Shown here one piece after another: positions 1 to 7,904 of a stretch of 32,000 nt of DNA. The notes beneath the pieces were generated by a model. It did no database searches. It was not told where the DNA came from and saw only the letters and a list, made by a program, of their open reading frames with translations. The DNA lies in contig JANQMZ010000007.1 of NCBI GenBank assembly GCA_028279805.1, positions 120,001 to 152,000 of the forward strand, read 5' to 3'. Origin of the DNA: an archaeon. Lineage in GTDB: Archaea; Iainarchaeota; Iainarchaeia; Iainarchaeales; JANQMZ01. How positions within the stretch are numbered: position 1 is the stretch's first letter; the number at the start of each line of letters is the position of its first letter. The position numbers were made by a program, and so were the translations under genes.

Positions 1-1482
1 AACTGTGCTGACAACACTTTTATTGAAGCTTCAAAAAAAAGCATTGGTATCTGGATTATTAATTCTGACATTACGGTTGACAACTGTAACATTAAATCAT
101 CACATTCTTCAAATTATTCTTTTTCCAACGGAATAACACTTGACAGGCGTGCTGACAACGCTTTGATAAAAAACTCAACTGTTTCCAATGCCAGAACAAG
201 AGGAATTTATGCCAACAGGACAAAAATTGTCACACTTGACAACATTAAAATTAATCCTTTGCAGCATTCAAACGGCTTTGTTTCAAGCATCGGAATTTAT
301 TTCAGAGAACAAACAGGGGCATTATTAAAAAATTCCACAATTGACAATTCAGGAATAGGTGTTTACTCTATTCGCGGGAGCACAACTGAAATTGAAAATG
401 TTCAGATTAATCCTGAAAATGAATCAAGCGGAACAGGTTCAAATACAGGCATTTATTTTAACAGAAACCAAAAAAGTGTTCTGAAAGGTTCAACAATTTT
501 AAGCAGTTTAAGGGCTGTCAGAATTTATAATAGAAATTCTGAACTGCAGGCAGGTGAAATAACAAACAATGTTTTGTGCAGTGACAACCCGGCTTCAAAC
601 CATGATTTGTACAGCACAGGCAAAGACCTGCCTCAAACTTTTTTAGACAGCATAACAGGAAACAATTTTGATTCAACAAACATTAAACAAAACTGGGACC
701 CTTGGGAAAACAATTCAAAATGCAATGAGGAACCTCCTCCTCCGCCCCCTCAAAACGAATTAACTGCAACTATGTCTTCAAATCCGGCAACAGGTCCGTC
801 CCCTCTGGATGTAACTTTTAATGCAACCTGTGAAGAATTAATAAATTCTGATCTGCGAAGCTGTTCACTTGATTTTGGAGACAATTCTGCTCCGTACGAT
901 TTTTCAAATTGTTCTTTTCCAGCAAACACATGCTCTGACACTGTGTTGCATACTTACACTGCAACAACTTTTCCTACAAACTATCAGGCAATTTTAACAG
1001 CAACAGATTCAACTTCAACCAAAGATTTTTTTATTATTATAATTGTAACAGAACCACCTGAAGAACCTCCTGAAGAGCCTCCGCCTGAAGAACCGCCTCC
1101 GGAAGAACCTCCGGCACCAACAGAAAAATGCATTGAATTAAATGCACTGGATACAATTTCGGGCAATCCTGTTACAGTTACAGCTGATTGTTCATCTCCT
1201 TTGCAGGGCTCTGAAAAAATTAACCTGACGTTCAGAAACAATTTGGGGCAACAGGTTGATTCCGGAACAATTAATTGCAATTCAACTGATGATTTTTCAC
1301 AATTTAATGAAACCGGAATTTTTTCAGTCCGCGGAATAGACGATGGAGGTTTATGTTCAGATTTGGCTTTTTTTGCAGTAACCGCACCGGTTTCAACTGC
1401 AGGCATTCCTGAAATTCATCCGGTGTTTGCTTTGCTTATAGCATTAAGCGTTTTGTTTATTTTAAGAAATAAAAAACAATGA
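1..1482 (+). CDS. Secreted/surface protein, 5' truncated by the window: parallel beta-helix, PKD domain, Pro/Glu linker, Ig-like domain, C-terminal hydrophobic anchor
   Basis: Frame 1 is open from base 1 (NCADNTFIEASKKSIGIWIINSDITVDNC...), so the track's 163 start is internal. Repeated beta-helix-like rungs, PKD-like segment (TATMSSNPATGPSPLDVTFNATC...SLDFGDNSAP...HTYT...TATDS), (PPEEPP)n linker, terminal GIPEIHPVFALLIALSVLFILRNKK. Confidence 0.8.
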   Translation, partial: NCADNTFIEASKKSIGIWIINSDITVDNCNIKSSHSSNYSFSNGITLDRRADNALIKNSTVSNARTRGIYANRTKIVTLDNIKINPLQHSNGFVSSIGIYFREQTGALLKNSTIDNSGIGVYSIRGSTTEIENVQINPENESSGTGSNTGIYFNRNQKSVLKGSTILSSLRAVRIYNRNSELQAGEITNNVLCSDNPASNHDLYSTGKDLPQTFLDSITGNNFDSTNIKQNWDPWENNSKCNEEPPPPPPQNELTATMSSNPATGPSPLDVTFNATCEELINSDLRSCSLDFGDNSAPYDFSNCSFPANTCSDTVLHTYTATTFPTNYQAILTATDSTSTKDFFIIIIVTEPPEEPPEEPPPEEPPPEEPPAPTEKCIELNALDTISGNPVTVTADCSSPLQGSEKINLTFRNNLGQQVDSGTINCNSTDDFSQFNETGIFSVRGIDDGGLCSDLAFFAVTAPVSTAGIPEIHPVFALLIALSVLFILRNKKQ

Positions 1483-1493
1483 AACAAATTAAT

Positions 1494-1931
1494 TTATTTT
1501 ATTTCAAGTTTGTGTCCTTTGCTTTCATCTTTTCCCGGATGTTTTTTTGGAATTGTTATTGTTAATATTCCATTGTTAAATTCTGCACCTGCCTTTTCAG
1601 CTACAACTTCCGCCGGCAAAGGTAATAATCTGCTGAAAGAAGAATAAGAACGTTCATGATAATAAAATCCTTTTTCTTCCTCTTCTTCTTTTTCAGATGT
1701 TTTTGCACTAATCCTTATTGAATCCGTTTCAACCTGAACATCAATGTTTTCTTTTTTTGCTCCGGGCAGTTCAGCTGTAACCTCAATTGCATCTCCCTTG
1801 TCAGCAATGTCAACCAAAGGCTGCCTTACATTTTTATCCATCGGCATTTCCCAGTTAAGGTTTTCTCCGAACAATCTTTTTCTCAGTTTTTTCATATCTT
1901 CAAATGGGTCCCATGTTTCCCTCATAATCAC
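1494..1931 (-). CDS. hsp20: Hsp20/alpha-crystallin family small heat shock protein
   Basis: WDPFEDMKKLRKRLF..., VDIADKGDAIEVTAELPGAKKENIDVQV, AEFNNGILTITIPK are classic sHSP motifs. GGAGGTG-like ribosome binding site just upstream of the start. Confidence 0.93.
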   Translation of the reverse strand: MIMRETWDPFEDMKKLRKRLFGENLNWEMPMDKNVRQPLVDIADKGDAIEVTAELPGAKKENIDVQVETDSIRISAKTSEKEEEEEKGFYYHERSYSSFSRLLPLPAEVVAEKAGAEFNNGILTITIPKKHPGKDESKGHKLEIK

Positions 1932-2009
1932 AACACCTCCATCTTATACATAATTATTTCGCCAAAAAAATTTTTAAACTTATTTAAAATAATTCAAAAA
2001 ATCAGATTT

Positions 2010-2831
2010 TTATATTTTAAATTTGACTCCTTTGAGCTTGTTTTTGTTAATAGTTCCAATAGTAGGCAAATCCAAAGCATGAAGTGTTTTATTTTCTCCA
2101 GGCTCTCTTGCCCTGAGAGCTCCTAAAATTTTGTATTCCTGATTTTTATTTGCAAAATCCAAAACATATGCTAAATTTAAATGTCCTTCAGAATCAATCC
2201 AGATAACCTGTCCTCCTATTCTGATTTTATCTTCCCTAAAAATTTCCGGATGAAGTCCTTTTTTTCCACGCAAGGTTTCCAATCCTCTTACCGCCTGCAT
2301 CATGCTTTCAGCTTCTCTGAATATATCCCTTTCCACATCTTTTAAAAGACCCTGAAGTTTTCTTTCTTCTATTCTTCTTTCCTGTTTTTCAGATCTTTCC
2401 GAATTGTTTTCCCTTATTTTTTCTCTTATGCTTTCCAAAACATTTTCATCTGTTTCACCATGCCTAGCAATAATCTCGCTTACATCATATTGTATAAGCT
2501 CGTCAAGTGTTTCACTTGTTCTGAGTTTTTCTCCAATAGTATGTTCAAAAGCATAAAGCGTTTTGGAAATTTCTATTTCAAGTTCTCTTGCCGCTCTTTC
2601 AACATTTTCAGCTGAAACCGGAATAGTGTGATGCCATCCTCTTTCAAAAGGAGTTTTTCCCAAATCGGGAACAGTAACCTTTAATGCCGCCAGTTCTCCT
2701 CCAACCGGTTCTATTTCTATCCTGTATTCCCTGCCCTCTACGGTTTTGTGTATCGTACGATTTCTTCTTGCTCCTGCATTAGGCCTTGCTCTTCCTCCGG
2801 CACCTCTTCTGAATCCGCCTCTTTTTACCAT
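2010..2831 (-). CDS. Uncharacterised protein A: basic Gly/Arg-rich N-terminus, charged helical middle, C-terminal small beta-domain
   Basis: 273 aa uninterrupted ORF. C-terminal GGQVIWIDSEGHLNLAYVLDFANKNQEYKILGALRA...LDLPTI resembles its neighbour at 2873-3418. Confidence 0.75.
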   Translation of the reverse strand: MVKRGGFRRGAGGRARPNAGARRNRTIHKTVEGREYRIEIEPVGGELAALKVTVPDLGKTPFERGWHHTIPVSAENVERAARELEIEISKTLYAFEHTIGEKLRTSETLDELIQYDVSEIIARHGETDENVLESIREKIRENNSERSEKQERRIEERKLQGLLKDVERDIFREAESMMQAVRGLETLRGKKGLHPEIFREDKIRIGGQVIWIDSEGHLNLAYVLDFANKNQEYKILGALRAREPGENKTLHALDLPTIGTINKNKLKGVKFKI

Positions 2832-2872
2832 TTTTTCACCTTATTAAATTATTATTTTCATTATTTAAAAAC

Positions 2873-3418
2873 TTAAAGTAATTCAACTTCTTTTAAATTA
2901 GGAACAGGTTCTTTGCCCTCTTGTAAAATTTCATAGTCTACAATAACAATTTCTCCCATTTCACGTGAATCAATTGTTGGCAAATCTTCCAAATTTTTAA
3001 CAGAACCGGTTTTTTTTTCCTGCCGAAGTATTATAACAACTGCTTCGTTTGATTCTTTTGACACTTTTGTTAAAAAAATTCCAAAAGTTTTTTTTCCATT
3101 ATGTTCAAATCTGACATAATCTCCAAATTTTTCAGGCAGAGTTTGTGTTACAATTCTTTCTTCAATTCCCCGTTTTAAAACTCTTTGACTTTTTTTGCGA
3201 ATGTATTCCATTCTTCCAATAGCTCTGTTTTCTTCTATTAAAGTCATGTTCCTTTTAATTCCAAAAACTCTTTGCAGTTGTCTTCTTAAAACTCCCCTGT
3301 CATTTCCCAAAAGCCTGTCAGTAAAAGCATGAAAATTTTCATGAAAAAAACTAACAGTTCTAACTGAAGGATGTGAATCTGAAAGCCGATTAGTTTTTGC
3401 AAGTCTTGTAAACGGCAT
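2873..3418 (-). CDS. Uncharacterised protein B, apparent paralog of the 3428-3961 protein
   Basis: 181 aa ORF. HAFTDRLLGNDRGVLRRQLQRVFG...EENRAIGRMEYIRK aligns with protein C; C-terminal GDYVRFEHNGKKTFGIFLTKVSKESNEAVVIIL beta-domain. Confidence 0.75.
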   Translation of the reverse strand: MPFTRLAKTNRLSDSHPSVRTVSFFHENFHAFTDRLLGNDRGVLRRQLQRVFGIKRNMTLIEENRAIGRMEYIRKKSQRVLKRGIEERIVTQTLPEKFGDYVRFEHNGKKTFGIFLTKVSKESNEAVVIILRQEKKTGSVKNLEDLPTIDSREMGEIVIVDYEILQEGKEPVPNLKEVELL

Positions 3419-3427
3419 TTTTTTACC

Positions 3428-3961
3428 TCATTCAAAAACATGTAAATGTTCTCTTCTGACAAGAACAAATTCTCCACCGAATGGTGCAAATCTTCTGATT
3501 GAATGAACACTGTTTTCTTCTTCTTTTGAAGCCTGATGTATTTTTACAACAAGAGCAATTTGTTTCTGTTCATCAACAAAGCTTACAAAAAATCCTGTTG
3601 TCAATTTTTTATTTTCTTTCCATGCAATTCCTTGAGCCGGTTTTGGTTCTTCCACAGGTTCAATTTTTTCTATTCGAACGGTTTCAATATTGGCAAGGTT
3701 TTCTACTTGTTCAAAAAGCTTTCCGATTGCCAGATATGATTCCTGAGTTGAAAATAAACCATGTTCATCTGCTTTAAAAATTTCCATAACACTTTTTTCA
3801 ATCAATTCTCTTTCTTTTCCTTTAAATCCGTCAAGAAATCTTTTAAGGCTGTTTTCAAAAACATCAATGCCTTTTATTCCCTCTGCTGCTTCAAACACTG
3901 GTCTTGATTCGTTTTCTCTTGAAGTCCTTTCTCTCTTGTTACGGTGCATTTTTCTCACCAA
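3428..3961 (-). CDS. Uncharacterised protein C, apparent paralog of the 2873-3418 protein
   Basis: 177 aa ORF. NSLKRFLDGFKGKERELIEKSVMEIFK...TQESYLAIGKLFEQV followed by C-terminal LTTGFFVSFVDEQKQIALVVKI beta-domain. Confidence 0.75.
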   Translation of the reverse strand: MVRKMHRNKRERTSRENESRPVFEAAEGIKGIDVFENSLKRFLDGFKGKERELIEKSVMEIFKADEHGLFSTQESYLAIGKLFEQVENLANIETVRIEKIEPVEEPKPAQGIAWKENKKLTTGFFVSFVDEQKQIALVVKIHQASKEEENSVHSIRRFAPFGGEFVLVRREHLHVFE

Positions 3962-4062
3962 TAATAAAAGTGTTTTTGGGGCTTTAAAAACCTTTTTTAA
4001 TTGCTTTTTAAAGAAAACAATTAAATACTAATTTTGAGTGTTTTTTTGTCATAATCTGTATC

Positions 4063-4884
4063 CTAATTTTTAAATTTTTTAATTTTTTTAAACGGTCCTG
4101 AAAATTCCACAACTGATTCTTCTATTTTGATTTTTAAATCTTCAACAAAAATTGAAATAACCAGTTTATCATTCCTCTCAAACTCGGATTCAATGTCTTG
4201 TAATAATTCTTTTAACTTGTTTTTTGGAAAAAACACATCATCTCCTTTTTTTTTGCCTTCAAGATTTTCAGCAATAATGTTTAACAAGGTTTCCGAATTG
4301 CTTTCAAAAAAAATTTCTTTTTGTTTTGTTTTTTTTGCGATTTCCAGAATTTTTTCCTTTGCTTCCTTGCTCCAGTTAAATTTAAATGAATCCCTGAAAT
4401 TTAATTTTTTCAGTTTTTCAATATGGTTTTCCAATGCAGAAGAAACTATTTCAAATTTTTTTTTCTTGTCTTCCACTTCTTTGAAAATTTTTTCCAAATC
4501 TGAAACATGAAAAGAAACACTGTTTCTTGCAACATTTAACAAGTCTTTGTCTTCTTCGGAACGCTGAATTGTTGTTGCAAGATTTTTAACAATCTGGCTT
4601 ACATTTTTAGCCTGCTGGTCAAACAAAACCGATTCATTTAATTTTAAAACAAGCTTGTTTTTCATGTTTTTATTAAGCAATTCTTCTCCAGCTTTTGTTA
4701 TGAAAATTTTTTGCTTTTCTTTTTCAATCAGGCCAAGAGCGTTCAAATCTTTTAAGCTTCTGCTTAAAGCGGCTCTTGCAGAATTAATATTTGAATAATT
4801 TGATGTTGTCCTGCTTAACAATTCATTATAATCAATTCCGTCACTATGCTTAACCATTAACAAAATTGTTTCACGGGCTGTCAT
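4063..4884 (-). CDS. Winged-helix-like N-terminal domain with a long coiled-coil C-terminus, putative DNA-binding protein
   Basis: TARETILLMVKHSDGIDYNELL...SARAALSRSLKDLNALGLIEKEKQKIFITKAGEELL reads as a wHTH; the remainder is Lys/Glu-rich heptad-like helix. Confidence 0.65.
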   Translation of the reverse strand: MTARETILLMVKHSDGIDYNELLSRTTSNYSNINSARAALSRSLKDLNALGLIEKEKQKIFITKAGEELLNKNMKNKLVLKLNESVLFDQQAKNVSQIVKNLATTIQRSEEDKDLLNVARNSVSFHVSDLEKIFKEVEDKKKKFEIVSSALENHIEKLKKLNFRDSFKFNWSKEAKEKILEIAKKTKQKEIFFESNSETLLNIIAENLEGKKKGDDVFFPKNKLKELLQDIESEFERNDKLVISIFVEDLKIKIEESVVEFSGPFKKIKKFKN

Positions 4885-4987
4885 GTTAATAAGAATTTGA
4901 TAAGGTGTTTTTTTATCTGTTTCTTTTTGGTTTTAAAACTTGTTTAAATTTTTTTTTTTTAATTAAACCAGATTTTTTTTGTTTTGT

Positions 4988-6160
4988 TTATTTAAGCCTG
5001 GCATAACTCCAGGGAACATTAAATGCCCTGCAGTGAATTGACACAGATTTGAAATCGTTAATGTTCAGTTCACTGGGAATTTCATAAACCTGTTTTCCAA
5101 CAGTACTTTTAAGTTCTCCTAACTTAATTCCGTTGCTGATGTCGTCTCTTTTTGTAGGCTCTGAATTTCTGGTTAAGTAAACCACTAAATCGGGACCGTT
5201 TGGAGTTTCAAAATTATCCTGAAATACAACAAAAAATATTCCATCTCTTTGTTCTATTTGAACACTTCCTGATGTCATGTAATTAATGGGTTCAAATGAA
5301 GAGGATTGCATCATTTCACCTGAAAAATCCTGATCAGCTTCAACAACAGTGGTTAATACATCAGGATCTCCCCCTTCTTTTTCCATGAACTCTTTCATTT
5401 CTGCAACTGCTTTTTCAATTGAATTATCAATAGTTTTTTGTTGTTCCATGGCCGCCGGTGCAAAAAATGCAAAGTATCCGATAAACAAGTATAAAAGTAT
5501 TACAAAAAAACCAATTTTTGTTCCCAATCCGGAAAAGCTTACTTTGAATGAATGCTTCAAAAACCAATACAATTCTCCTGACAGTGCGAGAAAAGTCACT
5601 CCTAACAATAAGTAACCTGCCAAATTATTTAACAATTCCGGATTAATTAATAAAAAATGAAATATTGCAAACAAATACCCAAAGTATACAAACCTGTGCA
5701 ATGTTTTCCAGTTTTTTCCCAGTTTAACATAAGCCACGTCATTTGAAGTTAAAGCCATTAACATAAAAACCGGAAGCGCAAGCACTCCGAATAAAAGCGG
5801 GTTTTCAATCGGATTTAAACTCCAAAAAATGTTTGAAATTTCCCAGTTGAAAAAGAATGTTAGAACACTTAGCACGTGAAACAAAATAAATATTGACCCG
5901 ATTACTCCGAAAGCTCTTCTTGTTCCCCAGTGAATTCCCAGTTCAGGTTTCCATCTCATGATTGAACTTATTATCAATGCACATCCGATAAATGTTGCTC
6001 CGCTTAATGCAAAACTTCTTACCAGTGACCCGTTTAATTCACCCGGAATTAAAATATAAAACTGGTAAAAAAATTCAGCCATGAAAAACAATAATGAAAA
6101 AAAACTGAATTTTAACACAAATTTCCAGTTTTTAATTGCGCCTTCAAATAATTTTGCCAT
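4988..6160 (-). CDS. Ferric-reductase-like (FRD/MsrQ/YedZ-type) transmembrane domain fused to a C-terminal DM13 domain
   Basis: N-terminal hydrophobic helices with His in membrane segments (FHVLS, TLHRFVYFGYLFAIFHFLL). C-terminal DM13-like sequence GSVQIEQRDGIFFVVFQDNFETPNGPDLVVYLTRN...IKLGELKSTVGKQVYEIPSELNINDFKSVSIHCRAFNVPWSYARL. Confidence 0.8.
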   Translation of the reverse strand: MAKLFEGAIKNWKFVLKFSFFSLLFFMAEFFYQFYILIPGELNGSLVRSFALSGATFIGCALIISSIMRWKPELGIHWGTRRAFGVIGSIFILFHVLSVLTFFFNWEISNIFWSLNPIENPLLFGVLALPVFMLMALTSNDVAYVKLGKNWKTLHRFVYFGYLFAIFHFLLINPELLNNLAGYLLLGVTFLALSGELYWFLKHSFKVSFSGLGTKIGFFVILLYLFIGYFAFFAPAAMEQQKTIDNSIEKAVAEMKEFMEKEGGDPDVLTTVVEADQDFSGEMMQSSSFEPINYMTSGSVQIEQRDGIFFVVFQDNFETPNGPDLVVYLTRNSEPTKRDDISNGIKLGELKSTVGKQVYEIPSELNINDFKSVSIHCRAFNVPWSYARLK

Positions 6161-6215
6161 GACGAAGTAACGTTAAATAATATTAAAAAGTAATGGCAAA
6201 CAAAATTTTGCCATT

Positions 6216-6905
6216 TTATGATTCCCTGTTCTGGTAAACCATAATGGCTTGTTCTGCTGCTTTTACAACATTAACTTCGTAAAATTGTTTTCTTTCTTTG
6301 TTGATTATGATTAAAACTTGCACTACAAAACCCTCAACCAGTTCCGGACTGGATAAAATTGTTCTATAAAGCCGAGGCTGACTTTCTTTTATGCTTTGAA
6401 ATCTGTTCCCGATTGATTTAGCTTCTTTTGCTTTTTTTAGTAATAAACCTGATTTTTTTCTCATCCTTGCAGGAGTTTCCCTTTTTACTTTTACAAGAAA
6501 ATACTGCAAAGCAATAGGATTTTGTAAAAGCTGGTTATGCAGTTTTTCATCAATCAGTTTTAAATGTTCTAAAATTTTAATAATATTTACATTTCCGTTT
6601 TTAACAAGCCGCCTTATTAACTCTGATTCAATTAAACTAAACGCAATGTTTTCAATTTGTTGTCTTCCTGAATTTTCTTCATCAAGTTTTTTAAGTTCTT
6701 CAGCAAATTTTTGCAAAATTCTTTCATTTCCTTCAAAATATTCTTCAAAATGTTCACGATATTTTTCTTTAAATCCTTGAATAAGTAATTCTTCTCTTGA
6801 CAGTTCCACTATTCGCATCGGTTTTGCTTTAGGTTTTTCAGTTTTTGGTTCTACTTTCAAAAAATTTCCAAACAAGTTAAGCAGTCTTTTCATGATAAAA
6901 ACCAT
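6216..6905 (-). CDS. Uncharacterised protein, paralog of its upstream neighbour
   Basis: 229 aa. Contains IIKILEHLKLIDEKLHNQLLQNPIALQYF, matching LEYLGTIDQQLHEKLMQNPTALILF in the neighbour. An in-frame ATG at about 6893 (MKRLLNLF) is an alternative start. Confidence 0.7.
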   Translation of the reverse strand: MVFIMKRLLNLFGNFLKVEPKTEKPKAKPMRIVELSREELLIQGFKEKYREHFEEYFEGNERILQKFAEELKKLDEENSGRQQIENIAFSLIESELIRRLVKNGNVNIIKILEHLKLIDEKLHNQLLQNPIALQYFLVKVKRETPARMRKKSGLLLKKAKEAKSIGNRFQSIKESQPRLYRTILSSPELVEGFVVQVLIIINKERKQFYEVNVVKAAEQAIMVYQNRES

Positions 6906-7457
6906 TTATTTTCTTTTTGATTTTGATAAAGCTCTTTTTGCAATATCAATTAATCCCTGCGAATTGGCTTCAAGGGTTGAAAATCTTGTCCTGTCATTCT
7001 GATATAATGCTTTTAAGCTTCTGTCAAACAGAATTAATGCTGTAGGATTTTGCATTAATTTTTCATGTAATTGTTGGTCAATCGTTCCCAAATATTCAAG
7101 CAACCTCCGGTTAGTGGAATGCATTTTGTTTATAATTCTTCCAATGGTTCCAGCTAGTTTGAATGTTTTTACATTCCCAAAAATTTTTGATCCAAGGGTC
7201 ACCAAGTCTTGTGCTGGAATAGAATCAGTTTGTTCTAATCTTTCTTCAATTGCTTCAATGAAGTTTCCAAGTCTTCCGGGAGCTTGCATAAATCTTCCAT
7301 AAAGCATAGAATCTTCTTTTCTATAGATTTCTAAAACTCTTCTTACCTCTGCACTTGTTTCTGCAAGAATTTCATAACAAACAGGATTGATATACCACGG
7401 TCTTATATGTCCTGCTTTTAGGCTTTTTCTAGTTTGTCTTGGATGCTCTCTAACCAT
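6906..7457 (-). CDS. Uncharacterised protein, paralog of the 6216-6905 product, likely cotranscribed with rpl44e
   Basis: The track starts at a TTG at 7478. The in-frame ATG at 7457 (MVREHPRQTRKSLKAGHIRPWY) is a better start candidate. Same strand as L44e (ends 7498). Confidence 0.7.
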   Translation of the reverse strand: MVREHPRQTRKSLKAGHIRPWYINPVCYEILAETSAEVRRVLEIYRKEDSMLYGRFMQAPGRLGNFIEAIEERLEQTDSIPAQDLVTLGSKIFGNVKTFKLAGTIGRIINKMHSTNRRLLEYLGTIDQQLHEKLMQNPTALILFDRSLKALYQNDRTRFSTLEANSQGLIDIAKRALSKSKRK

Positions 7458-7497
7458 GTTAAAAAAATAGAAAACCAAGTATAAAATTCTTTGTTAA

Positions 7498-7776
7498 CTA
7501 GTTTGCAACTTCTATTTTTTTCATTCTTTTTGGAATAACAAAATAGTGTTTTGCTTTGCATTCAGAACATTCTGCAATAAATGTTGCTTTTTTTGTTTGT
7601 TTTCTTACAGTTGCAGTAAACTGGTATTTTCCCTTAATTCCTTTTTTCTTTTCAACATTTCTTCTTTGACCACGGGCCAGTCCTCGTGCGCGGCCGCTTT
7701 TCCAGACTTTCATTTTATGCAGAGTATGCTTGTTGCACTTTTTGCAGTAATCGTTTGTTTCTTTTGGAACTTTCAT
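7498..7776 (-). CDS. rpl44e: Ribosomal protein L44e (eL42)
   Basis: MKVPKETNDYCKKCNKHTLHKMKVWKSGRARGLARGQRR...CSECKAKHYFVIPKRMKKIE: zinc-binding Cys pairs and conserved L44e sequence. Confidence 0.96.
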   Translation of the reverse strand: MKVPKETNDYCKKCNKHTLHKMKVWKSGRARGLARGQRRNVEKKKGIKGKYQFTATVRKQTKKATFIAECSECKAKHYFVIPKRMKKIEVAN

Positions 7777-7904
7777 TAAAACACCGTTTTTTTATAGCAA
7801 CACTATAAAATCAGAGTATAACCCATTATTAGGCGGAATGCTTTTTAATACTTGTTCTTAATATTAGCTTAATAGCTGTTTTTTTGCTATTTAAGGTGTT
7901 AATT

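Noticed and set aside
1036-1122. Tandem repeat considered as a CRISPR or minisatellite element
   Set aside because: Units are codon-phased, without spacers, and encode a Pro/Glu linker within an intact ORF.
3499-3777. Plus-strand ORF of 92 aa (and similar ORFs at 3536, 4127, 5349)
   Set aside because: Antisense to well-formed minus-strand genes; low-complexity Phe/Leu-rich translation typical of shadow ORFs in Lys/Glu-rich AT-rich genes.
4885-4987. T-rich intergenic runs as terminators or ncRNA
   Set aside because: Poly-T/A tracts are everywhere in this AT-rich sequence and I could not find a convincing stem, so no terminator or ncRNA is called.
2010-7478. A complete defence or toxin-antitoxin system in the left hypothetical region
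   Set aside because: No nuclease, helicase, NTPase, methylase or toxin motif could be recognised in these proteins, so only uncharacterised paralog groups are reported.
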